A stretch of 64,000 nucleotides of DNA from Trichosphaerium sp. ATCC 40318 (lineage: Eukaryota > Protista > Tubulinea): assembly GCA_038496445.1 (NCBI GenBank), contig JALMLS010000270.1, forward strand, positions 1-64,000, given 5' to 3'. Below the pieces are notes generated by a model. It was given only the letters and a program-made list of their open reading frames with translations, did not search any database and was not told the origin of the DNA. Numbering within the stretch: the first letter of the stretch is position 1; every line of letters starts with the position of its first letter. Made by a program: the position numbers and the translations under genes. This document shows positions 1 to 13,168 of the stretch, in pieces.

Positions 1-1915
1 AAAAGATGAAATAAATTGGTAGTAACAGACATATTACTTCTCAAAACTTACAGTACGCGGATTCTCTAAGGGTCCAACATTGTTGGCATATCGCGGATGT
101 GTTAAATGATGCTCTGCCAGTGCTATTGTGTTCTGTGCAACCAGATCACTGTAAGTTTAATGTTAGAACAAACATTGTTAAACTCAATGCTTTAGCTTAC
201 TCTAGTCCATGCTGTTTTGCTTTGTGCATACACTGTCTCAATAATACTTCTTCCAAATGAATGTCGCCATCTGAACAGATACAGAATAAGCTCTATTTCA
301 AAGAAGGTTATGTCTTACCTTTATGTGCAAGTTTTCGTAACCAATCCAATGCTTGTGTTAAGCACACTTCATCATTACGTTCTTGAGCAATGCGTACAGT
401 TTCGTGCACAAGCTATATTTCATTAAACAATTGACACGGTATTTAGAGGTACATACACGTCGAGAAAGTTCAAAATGAGAAAATTTATAGTACAATGCAG
501 CAAGATTCAATGTTGCATAAGGTAGCAAGCTAGGAGGCCCAGGATGAGGAGGCGCTTTTGATAATTTATAAGTCTCAAGCTATTTAAATATTACGCACCA
601 TTTTTGTCTTCCTGTTCCTCTATGGATGCATAAAGTGCGGTTGATTCACTTCGAATCTATTGTAAGAAAAAAATGAGAAATGTAACACTTGTCTTTTTTC
701 AGCATTACTTTTAGAGCATAGTCAAAATATCGATGTAAATTATCCAAGGCGTCTTGATATTCACCATGATTAATACATTTCAAATAGCTGAAAATAAACA
801 GTTAGAGTCAAAAGAGAAAAGAGTAAAGAGCGAAGACCAAGACTAAAAAAACTTAATAAAATATTACCTTAAATAATGAACACCAGCAGAATTTGATACA
901 TTCTCTTTTATTTTTTTTTTCAATCTCATCATCAAGTTCTTCTTTTTCAACTTTACCAAAAGCATCTAAGATACACATTAGTACACGTAAATATACAACA
1001 CAAACCGATGCTGTAAATCTTAAAAATAACAAGATATGCTAATTAAGGAGAACACAGAACAGAACAAACAACGTTTACGAGTTTAATGGATACTGTCAGT
1101 ATGCATCATAGACAACCCAAAAAATATAGTACGTACTACAAAGCTTTTCTGTTTGTGCATCGAGGTAGCTGTCAACATTGTGATATGACACTTCTCCTTT
1201 AAAGCTACCATTACTTACATCCTTATACTGTTCCATGTCTTCCCAAAGTCTCATGAGTCTATCAAAAGAAGCACAAGAGTATGCAGCGGTCATGCGCCTT
1301 ACAAATAATCCAAACGGACTATCACGTGCCTACGCAAATAAATATGACTCAAGTTTTAAAAAAAGCTTCGATTAGAGAAAACGTGGCTGAGAAACGCCAT
1401 TCTTTTCTGCTTGTAGTTAAAGCCATTACGTACGAGCGCATGCTGCACGTTTTCATCTTCGGTTACTAGTTCCTTCATCTCTCTGAAAAAGTCAAAAAGA
1501 TGATCTGGAGATTCCATCGCTTCTATCTACCTCTTGTTAGTATTTTGTTCAAACAACGCTCGCAAACATAGAAGCAATGGTAACGCCAGAGTACTGACCT
1601 CTTTGGAAAGATAGTCTGCAATGTCATCATCCTCATGGCTCAACTCTACTAGCATCTTGAGTAACTCATTGTAGGTAGGCTCGAAGTAGCTTCCTTTATC
1701 CTGCAACACATAAACATCTAGTGATAACGCATAATTAATGTAGCGTGACGCACTTTGATAGTGTTTAGAAGGAACAGAGCCAATCCTTGCTTCGATTGAA
1801 GCTCAAGTGTTTCAACTTGGATGTAACAATCGACAAGTACTAGCACTGCGACTTTATGCGGTGTGAGGTTGGTTTCTATGCCATAGGCGTGATTTACATT
1901 CGATTTTTTAGACAT
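1..1915 (-). CDS. ANAPC5: APC5, 5' part only (duplicate copy cut by the window edge; extra T's near 911 shift the frame)
   Basis: Mirror of 17359-19270; N-terminus MSKKSNVNHAYGIETNLTPHKVAVLVLVDCY. Confidence 0.75.
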
Positions 1916-2144
1916 GTTGGCAATGTCACAACAAAGCCTTAATACGCGTTGATGCAGCTGAAATAGAGTGGCGCGCAAATCAGTGACAGTTGAATTCGCG
2001 CCTAAAAGTATGAATCAGCTGGTAATTAGCGAGGCTTAACCCTGTACGCTATTATTATGCTAAAACCTACGCAAAATTGTTTCGGTTGACGACTTAGCCA
2101 CCAAAATCTCTGACTTACTAAAACCGCTATAGACCTGTGTAACA

Positions 2145-4108
2145 ATGAGTCACTCCAGCGGAATTAACGGTACGCATACAATACGGACTTGAATGTAACA
2201 TTGAAGCCCAGTCTCAAAATCACTTTCTGACGCCTTTGGTGCCGCCCTGCAAGGCGATTCTACTCGCTTCTTTCAAGTTCAAATCACTGAGTCTGAAGAA
2301 TGTACGGTGTTTTGAATTTTCGCTAATTGACTCCTCCGTTAAATTGTAATCGCTCCAATAGCCGCAGAATTGGTAGTCATAAGCAAAAAAGACATCGTTG
2401 GGTCGTTTGATGATGATATCCTTTTTTTAGTGTTCTAAACCATTAATTTCACTTCTACTATTACCAGCAGCGTTACTGTTGTTGATGGTATTCAGCCTTA
2501 ACACTCAAACACTTGCAGTACATCACAGAATTGCTTGAAGAAAGACAAGCGAGCTATTTCCTGTACCGCCTCGATGAGCCTAGTCCTAACGGAAAACCAC
2601 ACTTTATATTCTTTGTCTATGTACCAGATAGAGCCAGAGTACGTAATTTAGCTCTAAATAATTTTTGCGTAGTATATGTAGGGCGGTAAACGTATTTACG
2701 TGGTGTTTGACGCTTTTACTGCGGTCACCAATACGCTCTTTTTTTTAATTTGTCTGTGCGTAACGTACCGCTGTAGGTTCGTCAAAAGATGATTTACGCC
2801 TCCACTCGCGCAAATTTGAAGCGTCAACTAGGCGCTGGAAACTTCAAATACGAAATCTTTGGCACTGTCAAGGTAACGCGAAAAGTCCAACAAAAAAACC
2901 TCTTACAACGTACACATTGGAATTATTGAATGACTTTTTTTCAAAGGACGATTTCACCGCTGATGGATACGCAAAATGGATGAAAATGCAACTCGCAGAT
3001 GTACCACTCACTGAAGAAGAAATGATGAAAGAAGAAGAGGTAACAAATAGTCCAGAAAGCGAAAAGAAGTTATTACTTTTTTTCTTTTTTGTTCTTTTTC
3101 TTATTGAGCGATTAATCTCTATGGTGTGGAACTGAAAATAATTTAGGAAGAAGGTGGTATCTATGTTGGAGGTGCTAGCACTTATGTTCATGGTATTGCA
3201 TTCCCTGTAGACCAAGTAAGCACAAGAGCATTTAAGCAATGGTTTTTTTTATATATTTTGTTAACTCGTTGCTCAGGCAGTCCATGATGCCTTAAACAAG
3301 TTGAAGGCTCATTCAGTAACTTACGTTCAGATTGTAAGTTGATTTTCTTTAATACCATTTAACCTGTGGACCATGTTACGATTTTTAACGTTGACATGTG
3401 CGTTTTTAGAAAATTGATGCTGAAGGTGAAAAATTAGTTTTGGGCGACAGCTGTAGTATTGGCATTGGCGATATAGCTGGAAAAGTTTCTGGAACAGAAC
3501 CACTCTTCCATTTGTTCAACTGGGATCATACATACAATGGCGATGCTTTGACTTCTTGTGGTACGATAGAGAACCAGTAACAATGCAAACTCTATTTGTT
3601 TTCAATATTCTTTTTTTTTTGTTTCTAATATGCTTAGTATTCATCTACTCATGCCCTGATGGTTCTGGAGGAACCAAAGCTGCTCCTGTAAGATTGAGAA
3701 TGTTGTATTCTTCCAGTAAATCAAACTGTGAAGGTATTGCAAAAGAATCTGGTCTTGTCATTGCTGGAAAGGTACCCAACTCGTTTTTCTTTATTTTGGT
3801 GGATTCACAGTAATGTCCGCTTCCATAACTAGTTTTTTGTTTGACTTTTCTTTATTTTCTCGCTAGTGAATGCCTTTTCATTTATTTCTTAGTTGGAAGT
3901 CAACCGCGCTGATGAAGTGAGCGAAGAGTCTATCAACGAGTTGATACATCCACCACTCCGTGAAAAAAAGAAGAATTTTGCCAAACCAAAAGGACCAAAC
4001 CGTAGAGCCAGAGGTGGTACGTATTGCTTTCTTTGTAAAACGGATGTTTATCTCTTTTCTCTTATTTCTTTTTACAAAGGTCGACGCTTGATACGAACAA
4101 AGAAGTAA
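2145..4108 (+). CDS. TWF1: Twinfilin (two ADF-H domains), multi-exon
   Basis: Spliced protein [13 protein letters not shown]...YFLYRLDE...[27 protein letters not shown]...FIYSCP...[12 protein letters not shown]...FAKPKGP...GRRLIR, with the twinfilin N-terminus and C-terminal tail. Confidence 0.95.
2416..2510 (+). other. U12-type AT-AC intron in twinfilin (mirror at 16764-16858)
   Basis: 5' ATATCCTTT, branch CCTTAAC 8 nt before the terminal AC; removal gives [16 protein letters not shown], retention meets an in-frame TAA. Confidence 0.92.
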
Positions 4109-5006
4109 ACGTTACTCATAAATCACCATACAATTCGCGTTTAATACAGTACAAGACAAAAAATAAAAAAAATTCCTTACTTATCCAAAAACGCTGAATT
4201 TTCTGAAAATGTTTCTTGCTCTTGATGACGACTTTTGATACCTTCATCTGCTGAAGTTTCTTGGTAGTTAATACTTAATGCTATCACTCTATCAACTTAT
4301 TACCGCCATCTACATTGTTGGTTGGCGCCACGTTCTACCTTACAAAACCAACTGCCTTTTTAAGCAAATTAAGAAATTGTTGCCATTTGTAGATTTAATA
4401 AATCAAGGTAAACACACTATCTATGGCACAGCACAAGAAAGTGCAAAGCCAGCTTGTTCTAATCATAAAGCATGTTTTTCCTTTCATTTTTCATGCTTGC
4501 GCATTAACAAGCGTGTGACATTACAATAGCGTTTAGAGCAAGTGCAAGCCAATATGACGGCTGGAGAAGCAATAAGCCGGCAGCTAATAAACTCAGCAAC
4601 TCAATATATTTGCTACGAGTGAGGTGGAACCTCACAACATTTCAAACGTTTTAGGTAGTGCACAGGAACGCAATTCTGTTTTTGATTGAAATGTAAAACC
4701 GTCGCATAAACCTGTAAAAGCCAGCATACAACAAGAATTACCTTTTTAAGAATACATCCTGGGCTAAAGAGTATCACTTTATCGCATATATTCTCACAAC
4801 AAAGAAGCCCTATGACTGACTTGATTCTCTTAAATCGTGAGCCCTATTCATCATCTGATCGATTAGTTACTACAAAAGTTTGTAATACTCCGAGGCTTTT
4901 TCAGTGTAAAGAACTGGCTTGAACTCAGTTCACTTTATTTTTCATCTACTACAACACAGGCAACAAGAACAGCACTTGACAGAGTAGATAACACTACCAC
5001 ATAGTT

Positions 5007-6105
5007 ATGGATCCTCACAATAAAAAGGTACAGCTTCAAAAAATATACAAATCAATCGAATCTAACAAAACACAACAGACAAAGCGCTCTGATACTCAAT
5101 CAACTAGGCCTCCGACCCGTTTGCTTCAGTTGCCGTTGGAAGTACTTGGCAAAATAATCAATCATGATAAACACTCTGCTGAGCTCTATCACAAGTGGCC
5201 AGTGCTTAATAGATCAACGGCAATAAGTACTAGATACAACCACAGAATAGAAAAAAAGGGTAAATGGGGAAAGTACGACAGCAGTCTTAGATTGAAGGAA
5301 CTATCTAGCTATCAAAACGATATGCGAGAGGGGCTATGCCAATGGTTCCATGACAATCAGAAGCTTGAAAAGCAAGCTTGGTATACCAGTGGTGTATTTG
5401 ATGGGACGTACGACATGTACTATGAAAGTGGTAGTGTTAAGGAGAGGGACGTGGAACAAATGGTAGAATTATTGAGAGTATTGCATTTCACAAAAACGGT
5501 CAAAATTGGATACATAATGTAATCACAGATAGTGAGGATGGACAAAGAATTGAGTACATGATATGGCATGACAATGGCCAAAGGGCAGAACATGGTTATA
5601 GCGTTAATGGTTGGCCTATGGGAGAGAGAAACCAATGGCATGACAATGGTAACCTCCATGTCCGCAGTTGGTACTTCAATGGCATTGAATCTAACAAGCG
5701 CAAAGTCTACCATAAAAATGGAGTCTTAAAAGAGGCTTCTTGCTATAGCAATGGTGTACTTGACGGAGAGTCTAAGAAATGGTATAGCAACGGTCAACTG
5801 AGTTTTCAAGCAAAATACACGGATGGCGTACAAAAGGGAAAATGTACCAAATGGTATAAAGATGGTCGAATGAGCTTTCAAGCTTTTATAAGGGCGGCAA
5901 GCTTGTTGGCAAATGTCAGAAATGGTTCAGAAACGGTAACTTGAAATCATACACGTATTTCAAAGAAGGAAAGAAAAAAGGAGATGACGTGCAATGGCAC
6001 AGAGATGGTACCATGTTCAAGCATTACCGTTACAGTAGTACTGAGCGTACTACCATCTATATTGAGAACAACATTCCAAATGAAAACCAAATACAAAAGC
6101 AATAG
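5007..6105 (+). pseudogene. Intronless F-box-like + MORN-variant (MORN_2/YwqK-like) repeat protein with two frameshifts
   Basis: LLQLPLEVLGKII F-box-like motif, then W-[YH]-x-NG repeats. One base is missing at gagaggg (~5446) and at gcttttata (~5885); adding them gives one ORF ending at TAG 6105. Confidence 0.75.
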
Positions 6106-6169
6106 CTATTGAAAAATACAACCCTTATATTATATTATATTATAACAATAAAAAGAGTATATGACACTC

Positions 6170-7639
6170 TCACCAAGTGTTTAATGAGCATTCAATAAAG
6201 TAACAATGGTACGTAACTTGTTCAGCCTCCACATCTTCAAATACATATGAATTATCACCAGAAATCTCAACTGCGTAAAGATCAGGTAGCATGTTAATGC
6301 CTTCGCTTGAAAGATTTGCGCAATCACTGACACCAATAGTATGAACACCTGCCAGTGCTTGTATACCTTTGTCAGTAACTGAAGTTCCAGCAAGGTTAAT
6401 GGCATGAACGCCTGCAAGTGCTTTTATGCCTTCATCAGTAACTGCAGTTTGAGTAAGATCGATGGTATGAACACCTTTTAGTGCTTTGATGCCTTCATCT
6501 GTTACTAATGTATTTCCAAGATGAATAACTCTAACACCTGCTAGTGATTTGATGCCTTTGTCTGTCACTGCTGTACTAGCAACAAAAACAGTATGAACAC
6601 CGTTCAGTGTTTTAATGCCTACATCAGTCACCGCAGTGAACGAAAGGATAATGCTATACACTCCCTTTAGTTCTTTGATACAATCATCTGTCACTGAAGT
6701 TCCTAATAGATTAATAGTATGGACTCCCTTTAAGGCTTTTACACCTTCGTCTGTTATATTTCTACACTTCTTAAGGTCAATTGTATGAACTCCTGATAGT
6801 GCTTTGATTCCTTTATCTGATACTGTAGTATGAGAGACGTCAATGGTGTGTATACCACTCAGCGCCTTAATACCTTCATCAGTAATGTTCTTACAACGAG
6901 TCAGGCATATTGAGTGAACACCTGCAAGTGCTTTGAGATCATAATCATTGATAACACTACTTTTCTTGAACAACTCAACTGAACTTCTAAGGAAGTTTGT
7001 GTCAAGATTGTTGCACCCAGATAGTAACGAATACAGAGTATTGTTTTCAACGTTCACAACTATTTCAGTGTTGTTCATGACACCATTGTACTGTATGACT
7101 TTTAGAATATCTGGTATATCATAAAGATACACCTTTTTGTACCCAACAACATCATGAATAATATCAGACATCAAATGACACGTTTGAGCAACAGCAAATC
7201 TTGGTTTCGCACCTGTACGATGTAAGATACTTGAAATAACTTCAGGAGGAAAATCAAGTATATTTGGCGGCTTGTGCAATGTCGCCTGTACTCTTAATGG
7301 TTCATCTTTAGTAACTTGAATAAAGTTGGTAAACGTACTGTCTTGTTTGCTTAAGGTTTGGCAACACCACATCCTCAGAATGCGTATTGAGTTTTTTCGC
7401 ATTCCACGTCTATCGAGTGTACCGTGGGGGGTGTAGTTCTGCTTTTAGTTGCATTTGTGTTCTCTAAGAGATATTTGTCGAGCTTTTGTACAAGGCTCGC
7501 GTTTGACGCGTTCAAAATACATTCAAGATGTTTAACGAATGTTTTTGGGTGTTTTGAGATAATTTTAGTGAATTCATCTTTGTGGTTCTTTTTGTAGTAT
7601 GTGATGTTGCCTGCTCAATGAAACACAGGGTAAGTTCAT
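6170..7639 (-). CDS. F-box/LRR protein, duplicate copy with indels in its 5' end
   Basis: Mirror of 11638-13104; small indels near 7393 and 7590-7620 break the N-terminal frame. Confidence 0.75.
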
Positions 7640-8079
7640 GGTTTAATTCAGTTTGAGCAACAGTTAAGTTCTCCAAAACGATATATGAACAATACCCGAC
7701 TTATCTAGAATTAAGTGAACAACCAGGCGCTGTACTGGCACCGAAATAACTAAACAAGACTTGAGGTGGATTTGACATCAATAATTGTAAGTTTTTGTTA
7801 CCCTCTTAGCAATAGATCTTTGTTGTGTATACTGGCGTTCAAGCGTTTCGGTGAAGTTTGCTTAACACATAGATAAGTCACTATTGTTTCCAAGTTTATT
7901 CCTTCTTCTACCAATACCTTTCCTTTATAGACTTCCCATATGGTAGAGTATCAGTAATCCAAAATAATAACAATACGTGACTTTATGGCAAGGACTCTCT
8001 ATGTTAAATTTATACATCGAAATAGAATCTTTATTATTCTCATATTTTTTTTCACTTTTTTTTGTTTTTACAAAGCGAG

Positions 8080-11000
8080 TTAACTACCCAACTCACTTCT
8101 AAGACGTTCTAATATCTTCTTGCAAGCATCTGTATTACCTTGATCTTGTTTCATTTTAAACAATATTTTAGCATTCTCCCATTGTTCATGCTTGTATCTC
8201 TTTATCATGTAGGCTTTATACTCTTCTTGTGTACCCTTTTGCCAAACAGGGTTATCAGGCTCATCAGGGAACGTCATATCATCCTCAGAACCAGAAGTAT
8301 CAGAATCTTCTTCAGCTTCGGACTGTTCAACAATCACTGGCTCTGGTCTAGGTGTTTTTGGGTAGATAGGTTCTGGAGCATCAACCCATTTTGCTAAATA
8401 GCTCAAATTAATACAACACGTGTTGAAACAAAAAAAAAAAATAAGATTTCATCAATGCGATTTATCTTTGTTTCAGCGCTATTCATAGCTACAAAACAAC
8501 TACAAAGGTGCCTTCGAGTTAGACAATGGCTTAGCAAAGCAAAGTACACCAAAAAAAAGCAAAATGAATACAGCACCCTACGTTCCCTGGTCCTCACGGA
8601 CCCAAGTACTGGCAGGGCCATACCATACTGGCAGGGCCATACCATGCTTATCTTCGCGGTTCGGAAAGAGACACGGAGTTTTCATGGTTGTATGGCCGTA
8701 TCCATCTGTAAAGGCAAGATTTTTGAAAATGGTTTGGTAGAAAATAGTTTTGCGTGACCAAATCAGAGAAAATTGTCTTTTGTTTTAGCGAACCTGATTC
8801 TGACTCGGAAATATCAACTTCTACAATGTCTTCGTTGTCTGCAACATAATCATAGAAACCTCCTGATCCACCAGTAGCCATTTTTTGCGACTGAGGAGCT
8901 GGTGGAGCTGGTCTATGTGAAGATACATCGTAATCGTCCATAGAATTTTGATCAACATCATCGCCAATTTTTGCCAACAAATCAACCTTGGAGTTTTTCT
9001 CCATACCTTCAGGCTCTTGTTCAGGTTCTCTAATACAATGCATCAGTTTAAATAAATCGATATAGTTAGAACATACGCAGGCACTTGTGGTTGAACAACA
9101 GGTTGTGGTAGTTTAGGCATGTTCAAGCGGTGATGTAATATAGTAGTGAGTGATCGTTTTACCAATTCTTCAGATGGTTCTGGCATATTTATAGCCTTCG
9201 GTTCCAATACAATAGCAGTATTAAGTAATACAGCAGCAGAAGAGAAGAGAAGTCTCACTGAGCTAAAGTATAAAGTGAGTACACATCAGAAAAACGAATA
9301 AAAATAATACAATGCCAAAGAACTTACCTCAAGAGTGAAATTTCTACACTCAAGACGTGATAGTAAAGCGCTTTCATCAATCCCAAATGCTGGAACTGTA
9401 TACAACAATGTATTATAGCTTGAAGGCATTGAAGTATATGATCCTAGTATAATACTCATGAGTACACATAACGTTTAGCTGCGGTTTTTTTCGCTAATTA
9501 ACGCACCTCTATAGTCTCATGCAAATCTTCAGGAATCATCTCGTAAATATAGTGACAGAAATATTCCACATTTGTTACAATCTTTGCAACTGATTTAAGC
9601 AAAGCAGCCGGCTCTGGTTGAGCTACAGAATCTAAAAAAACACAAGAATTAGACAAGCAAAAAGGTATTGGCAAATCCAGCTTGTTTCAAAAAAAAAAAT
9701 CACTACTTACTCTTTACTGGTTCCATAGGGGCCAATATATTCTGCGCTCTTCGCGCTACACGTCTACATAACAACAAGTTAAACAAATTGCTAGATAAGC
9801 CGGTTGTACTGGCTCTCAGAATCATAAGAATTATTTACCTATCAGCTGTTGGTGCACGCATATATTGGTTGATAGAATCACCAAGTTCCTTCATGGCAGA
9901 GTTATACAATTTGGAAAACTCCAAAGCAATAACTGGAGTCATAACAAATGTATCTGGTGTAGTCTCAGTTTCCAACAAATTTGTAACTTTGTTCAACTGT
10001 TGTACAAGTCCCTATTTAAACATAAAAACTTTGTTCCACGTCTATCTTTGTGCACAAAAAATACTACTTTATAAAGCAACCACTGTAGTATAAGTGATAA
10101 TTTTGGGTGGCAAACGTCACATTAAACAAGACTTTGAGGAAGAAGAAGACATACCTTGGCGATATTTGCAATATTTTTTGTGGATTGATCATCTCCAGGA
10201 TTCATAACAAGTTTTTGACCAACAATACTGAGAACTTTGGTCGCTTTCATCACAGTGAAGCAGCAATCATTAATTTGTCGTTGTAGATGCACATCCGTTT
10301 TTCATAACTAAGAAGTGTAGCAATACGCGATAACTAAACAATCATCAGATTCCTTACACTAACACAAGCTGAAACGTCCAATACGCACCCTCAAGCTTTC
10401 TGTTGTAAAGTTACGTGATACAATATCAAAATCTGAGTCAGGAAGTCTTCCAGTAGCACTCTGAAGTGTAATTTTCATCGCCTACACTCAAACGTCAGTC
10501 ATGTTTTTTTTTTTTTCAATTTTATTTGTATTTTTTTGAGCATGGCACGCACGTGTGAAATCTGATCAATCTCATCCTCCATATTTTGCATAGTATAAGA
10601 CTCTATTGAATTATAAAACGACCAAGATTCTCCAACAAATGACTTCAAGGCCTCCATAAAAGTTCTCTTCTCAACTTGAGTAAAACTAGTCTTTGCTTGC
10701 TTCAAAACACCCCAAGACTTTCTAATACTGTCCAATTGTGAAATGGTACGACCGACACGGCTAAACGCATGCTAAAATATACGTGTTAAAGCTAATAATA
10801 CTAGTAAACGCGTAGCACGTCACAAACACGCGAATAGAAATAAAAATAACGTTGTTTGTCACTTACACCTTGGTTTTTCATCGACACCACTGCTTCAATC
10901 CATAAACCGAATTTAAACGTGTCTTTAGCTAAATCTAACTCGTTTTCTAGCCGCTAGGTATTTGTAAATTAAAAGTGTATTGGTTAAAAAAGGAAAGTTT

Positions 11001-11480
11001 TCAGGTAGGTAATTTACCCTTATGCTTGGGTCCACGATGTTGCAAAACTCGTCTGAACCCAAGGGGCTGTATTAGCTACAAGATGTGTAATAAATGACAG
11101 CATTGAGTGAGCAAGGGTCTCCAGGTTTAGTGTAAGGAGGTAAGGATCCGTGTCAGGAGGTATATCGCGAGCAGTAGCTCTACGTCTTGGAGACACTCCT
11201 AGTTGCTTTGCAACATTAGCATAGCTTAATTCAAGTGTTTTGTGCTATTCCCAGCCAGTTTTGTGCTGCTAGCAGCTTCAACTGAATTGACGTACGTCAG
11301 GTTGAGCAAATGGCAGTGAGAATGCGTCAAAGGAATCCTTAGGTGCAACTCCCCAGCTGATTGTCCAACACCTTGATTTTCATTCCCACCATACCAGTGT
11401 ACTCGCACCAGCTGATGCAGACGAAGGAAACTTGGGCCTGAATTCGCATTGTTAAGTTTGCTCACAGGACTAGCACCTGT
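8080..11480 (-). pseudogene. Multi-exon gene for an uncharacterised helical protein with an acidic C-terminus; frame breaks, 5' end unresolved
   Basis: GT-AG-bounded exons (LDSIRKSWGVLKQAK..., LQRQINDCCFTVMKATKVLSIVGQKL, GLVQQLNKVTNLLE, acidic tail to TAA 8080); apparent frame break near 10300 and a 19-bp duplication near 8610. Confidence 0.45.
8609..8645. repeat. 19-bp tandem duplication CTGGCAGGGCCATACCATA
   Basis: Two adjacent copies visible directly; 19 is not a multiple of 3. Confidence 0.85.
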
Positions 11481-11637
11481 ATATCAACATATTTGTAAAC
11501 ACAAATACTCATCAGCCTCTGGTTTAGTTATTTCGGTGCCAGTACAGCGCCTGGTTGTTCACTTAATTCTAGATAAGTCGGGTATTGTTCATATATCGTT
11601 TTGGAGAACTTAACTGTTGCTCAAACTGAATTAAACC

Positions 11638-13104
11638 ATGAACTTACCCTGTGTTTCAATTGAGCAGGCAATCACTACTAAAAAGAACCACAAAGATGAA
11701 TTCACTAAAATTATCTCAAAACACCCAAAAACATTCGTTAAACATCTTGAATGTATTTTGAACGCGTCAAACGCGAGCCTTGTACAAAAGCTCGACAAAT
11801 ATCTCTTAGAGAACACAAATGCAACTAAAAGCAGAACTACACCCCCCACGGTACACTCGATAGACGTGGAATGCGAAAACAACTCAATACGCATTCTGAG
11901 GATGTGGTGTTGCCAAACCTTAAGCAAACAAGACAGTACGTTTACCAACTTTATTCAAGTTACTAAAGATGAACCATTAAGAGTACAGGCGACATTGCAC
12001 AAGCCGCCAAATATACTTGATTTTCCTCCTGAAGTTATTTCAAGTATCTTACATCGTACAGGTGCGAAACCAAGATTTGCTGTTGCTCAAACGTGTCATT
12101 TGATGTCTGATATTATTCATGATGTTGTTGGGTACAAAAAGGTGTATCTTTATGATATACCAGATATTCTAAAAGTCATACAGTACAATGGTGTCATGAA
12201 CAACACTGAAATAGTTGTGAACGTTGAAAACAATACTCTGTATTCGTTACTATCTGGGTGCAACAATCTTGACACAAACTTCCTTAGAAGTTCAGTTGAG
12301 TTGTTCAAGAAAAGTAGTGTTATCAATGATTATGATCTCAAAGCACTTGCAGGTGTTCACTCAATATGCCTGACTCGTTGTAAGAACATTACTGATGAAG
12401 GTATTAAGGCGCTGAGTGGTATACACACCATTGACGTCTCTCATACTACAGTATCAGATAAAGGAATCAAAGCACTATCAGGAGTTCATACAATTGACCT
12501 TAAGAAGTGTAGAAATATAACAGACGAAGGTGTAAAAGCCTTAAAGGGAGTCCATACTATTAATCTATTAGGAACTTCAGTGACAGATGATTGTATCAAA
12601 GAACTAAAGGGAGTGTATAGCATTATCCTTTCGTTCACTGCGGTGACTGATGTAGGCATTAAAACACTGAACGGTGTTCATACTGTTTTTGTTGCTAGTA
12701 CAGCAGTGACAGACAAAGGCATCAAATCACTAGCAGGTGTTAGAGTTATTCATCTTGGAAATACATTAGTAACAGATGAAGGCATCAAAGCACTAAAAGG
12801 TGTTCATACCATCGATCTTACTCAAACTGCAGTTACTGATGAAGGCATAAAAGCACTTGCAGGCGTTCATGCCATTAACCTTGCTGGAACTTCAGTTACT
12901 GACAAAGGTATACAAGCACTGGCAGGTGTTCATACTATTGGTGTCAGTGATTGCGCAAATCTTTCAAGCGAAGGCATTAACATGCTACCTGATCTTTACG
13001 CAGTTGAGATTTCTGGTGATAATTCATATGTATTTGAAGATGTGGAGGCTGAACAAGTTACGTACCATTGTTACTTTATTGAATGCTCATTAAACACTTG
13101 GTGA
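11638..13104 (+). CDS. Intronless F-box + leucine-rich repeat protein (488 aa)
   Basis: F-box ILDFPPEVISSIL...VAQTCHLM followed by about ten 21-22 aa repeats of the form GIKALxGVHTIxLxxTxVTDx. Confidence 0.9.
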   Translation: MNLPCVSIEQAITTKKNHKDEFTKIISKHPKTFVKHLECILNASNASLVQKLDKYLLENTNATKSRTTPPTVHSIDVECENNSIRILRMWCCQTLSKQDSTFTNFIQVTKDEPLRVQATLHKPPNILDFPPEVISSILHRTGAKPRFAVAQTCHLMSDIIHDVVGYKKVYLYDIPDILKVIQYNGVMNNTEIVVNVENNTLYSLLSGCNNLDTNFLRSSVELFKKSSVINDYDLKALAGVHSICLTRCKNITDEGIKALSGIHTIDVSHTTVSDKGIKALSGVHTIDLKKCRNITDEGVKALKGVHTINLLGTSVTDDCIKELKGVYSIILSFTAVTDVGIKTLNGVHTVFVASTAVTDKGIKSLAGVRVIHLGNTLVTDEGIKALKGVHTIDLTQTAVTDEGIKALAGVHAINLAGTSVTDKGIQALAGVHTIGVSDCANLSSEGINMLPDLYAVEISGDNSYVFEDVEAEQVTYHCYFIECSLNTW

Positions 13105-13168
13105 GAGTGTCATATACTCTTTTTATTGTTATAATATAATATAATATAAGGGTTGTATTTTTCAATAG

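Larger units (their letters stand above)
1..7755. repeat. Left arm of a large inverted duplication (runs off the window start)
   Basis: Reverse complement of 11522-19270; mirrored ORFs sum to about 19274 (5007/14267, 6170/13104). Identity ends after ...gaaataactaaac at 7755. Confidence 0.97.

Noticed and set aside
2302-2366. Apparent stop on splicing twinfilin intron 2 at ccgcag
   Set aside because: The upstream acceptor caatag gives an open frame (EESAELVV).
12340-12960. 63-66 bp DNA periodicity as a non-coding array
   Set aside because: Explained by the LRR coding repeats.
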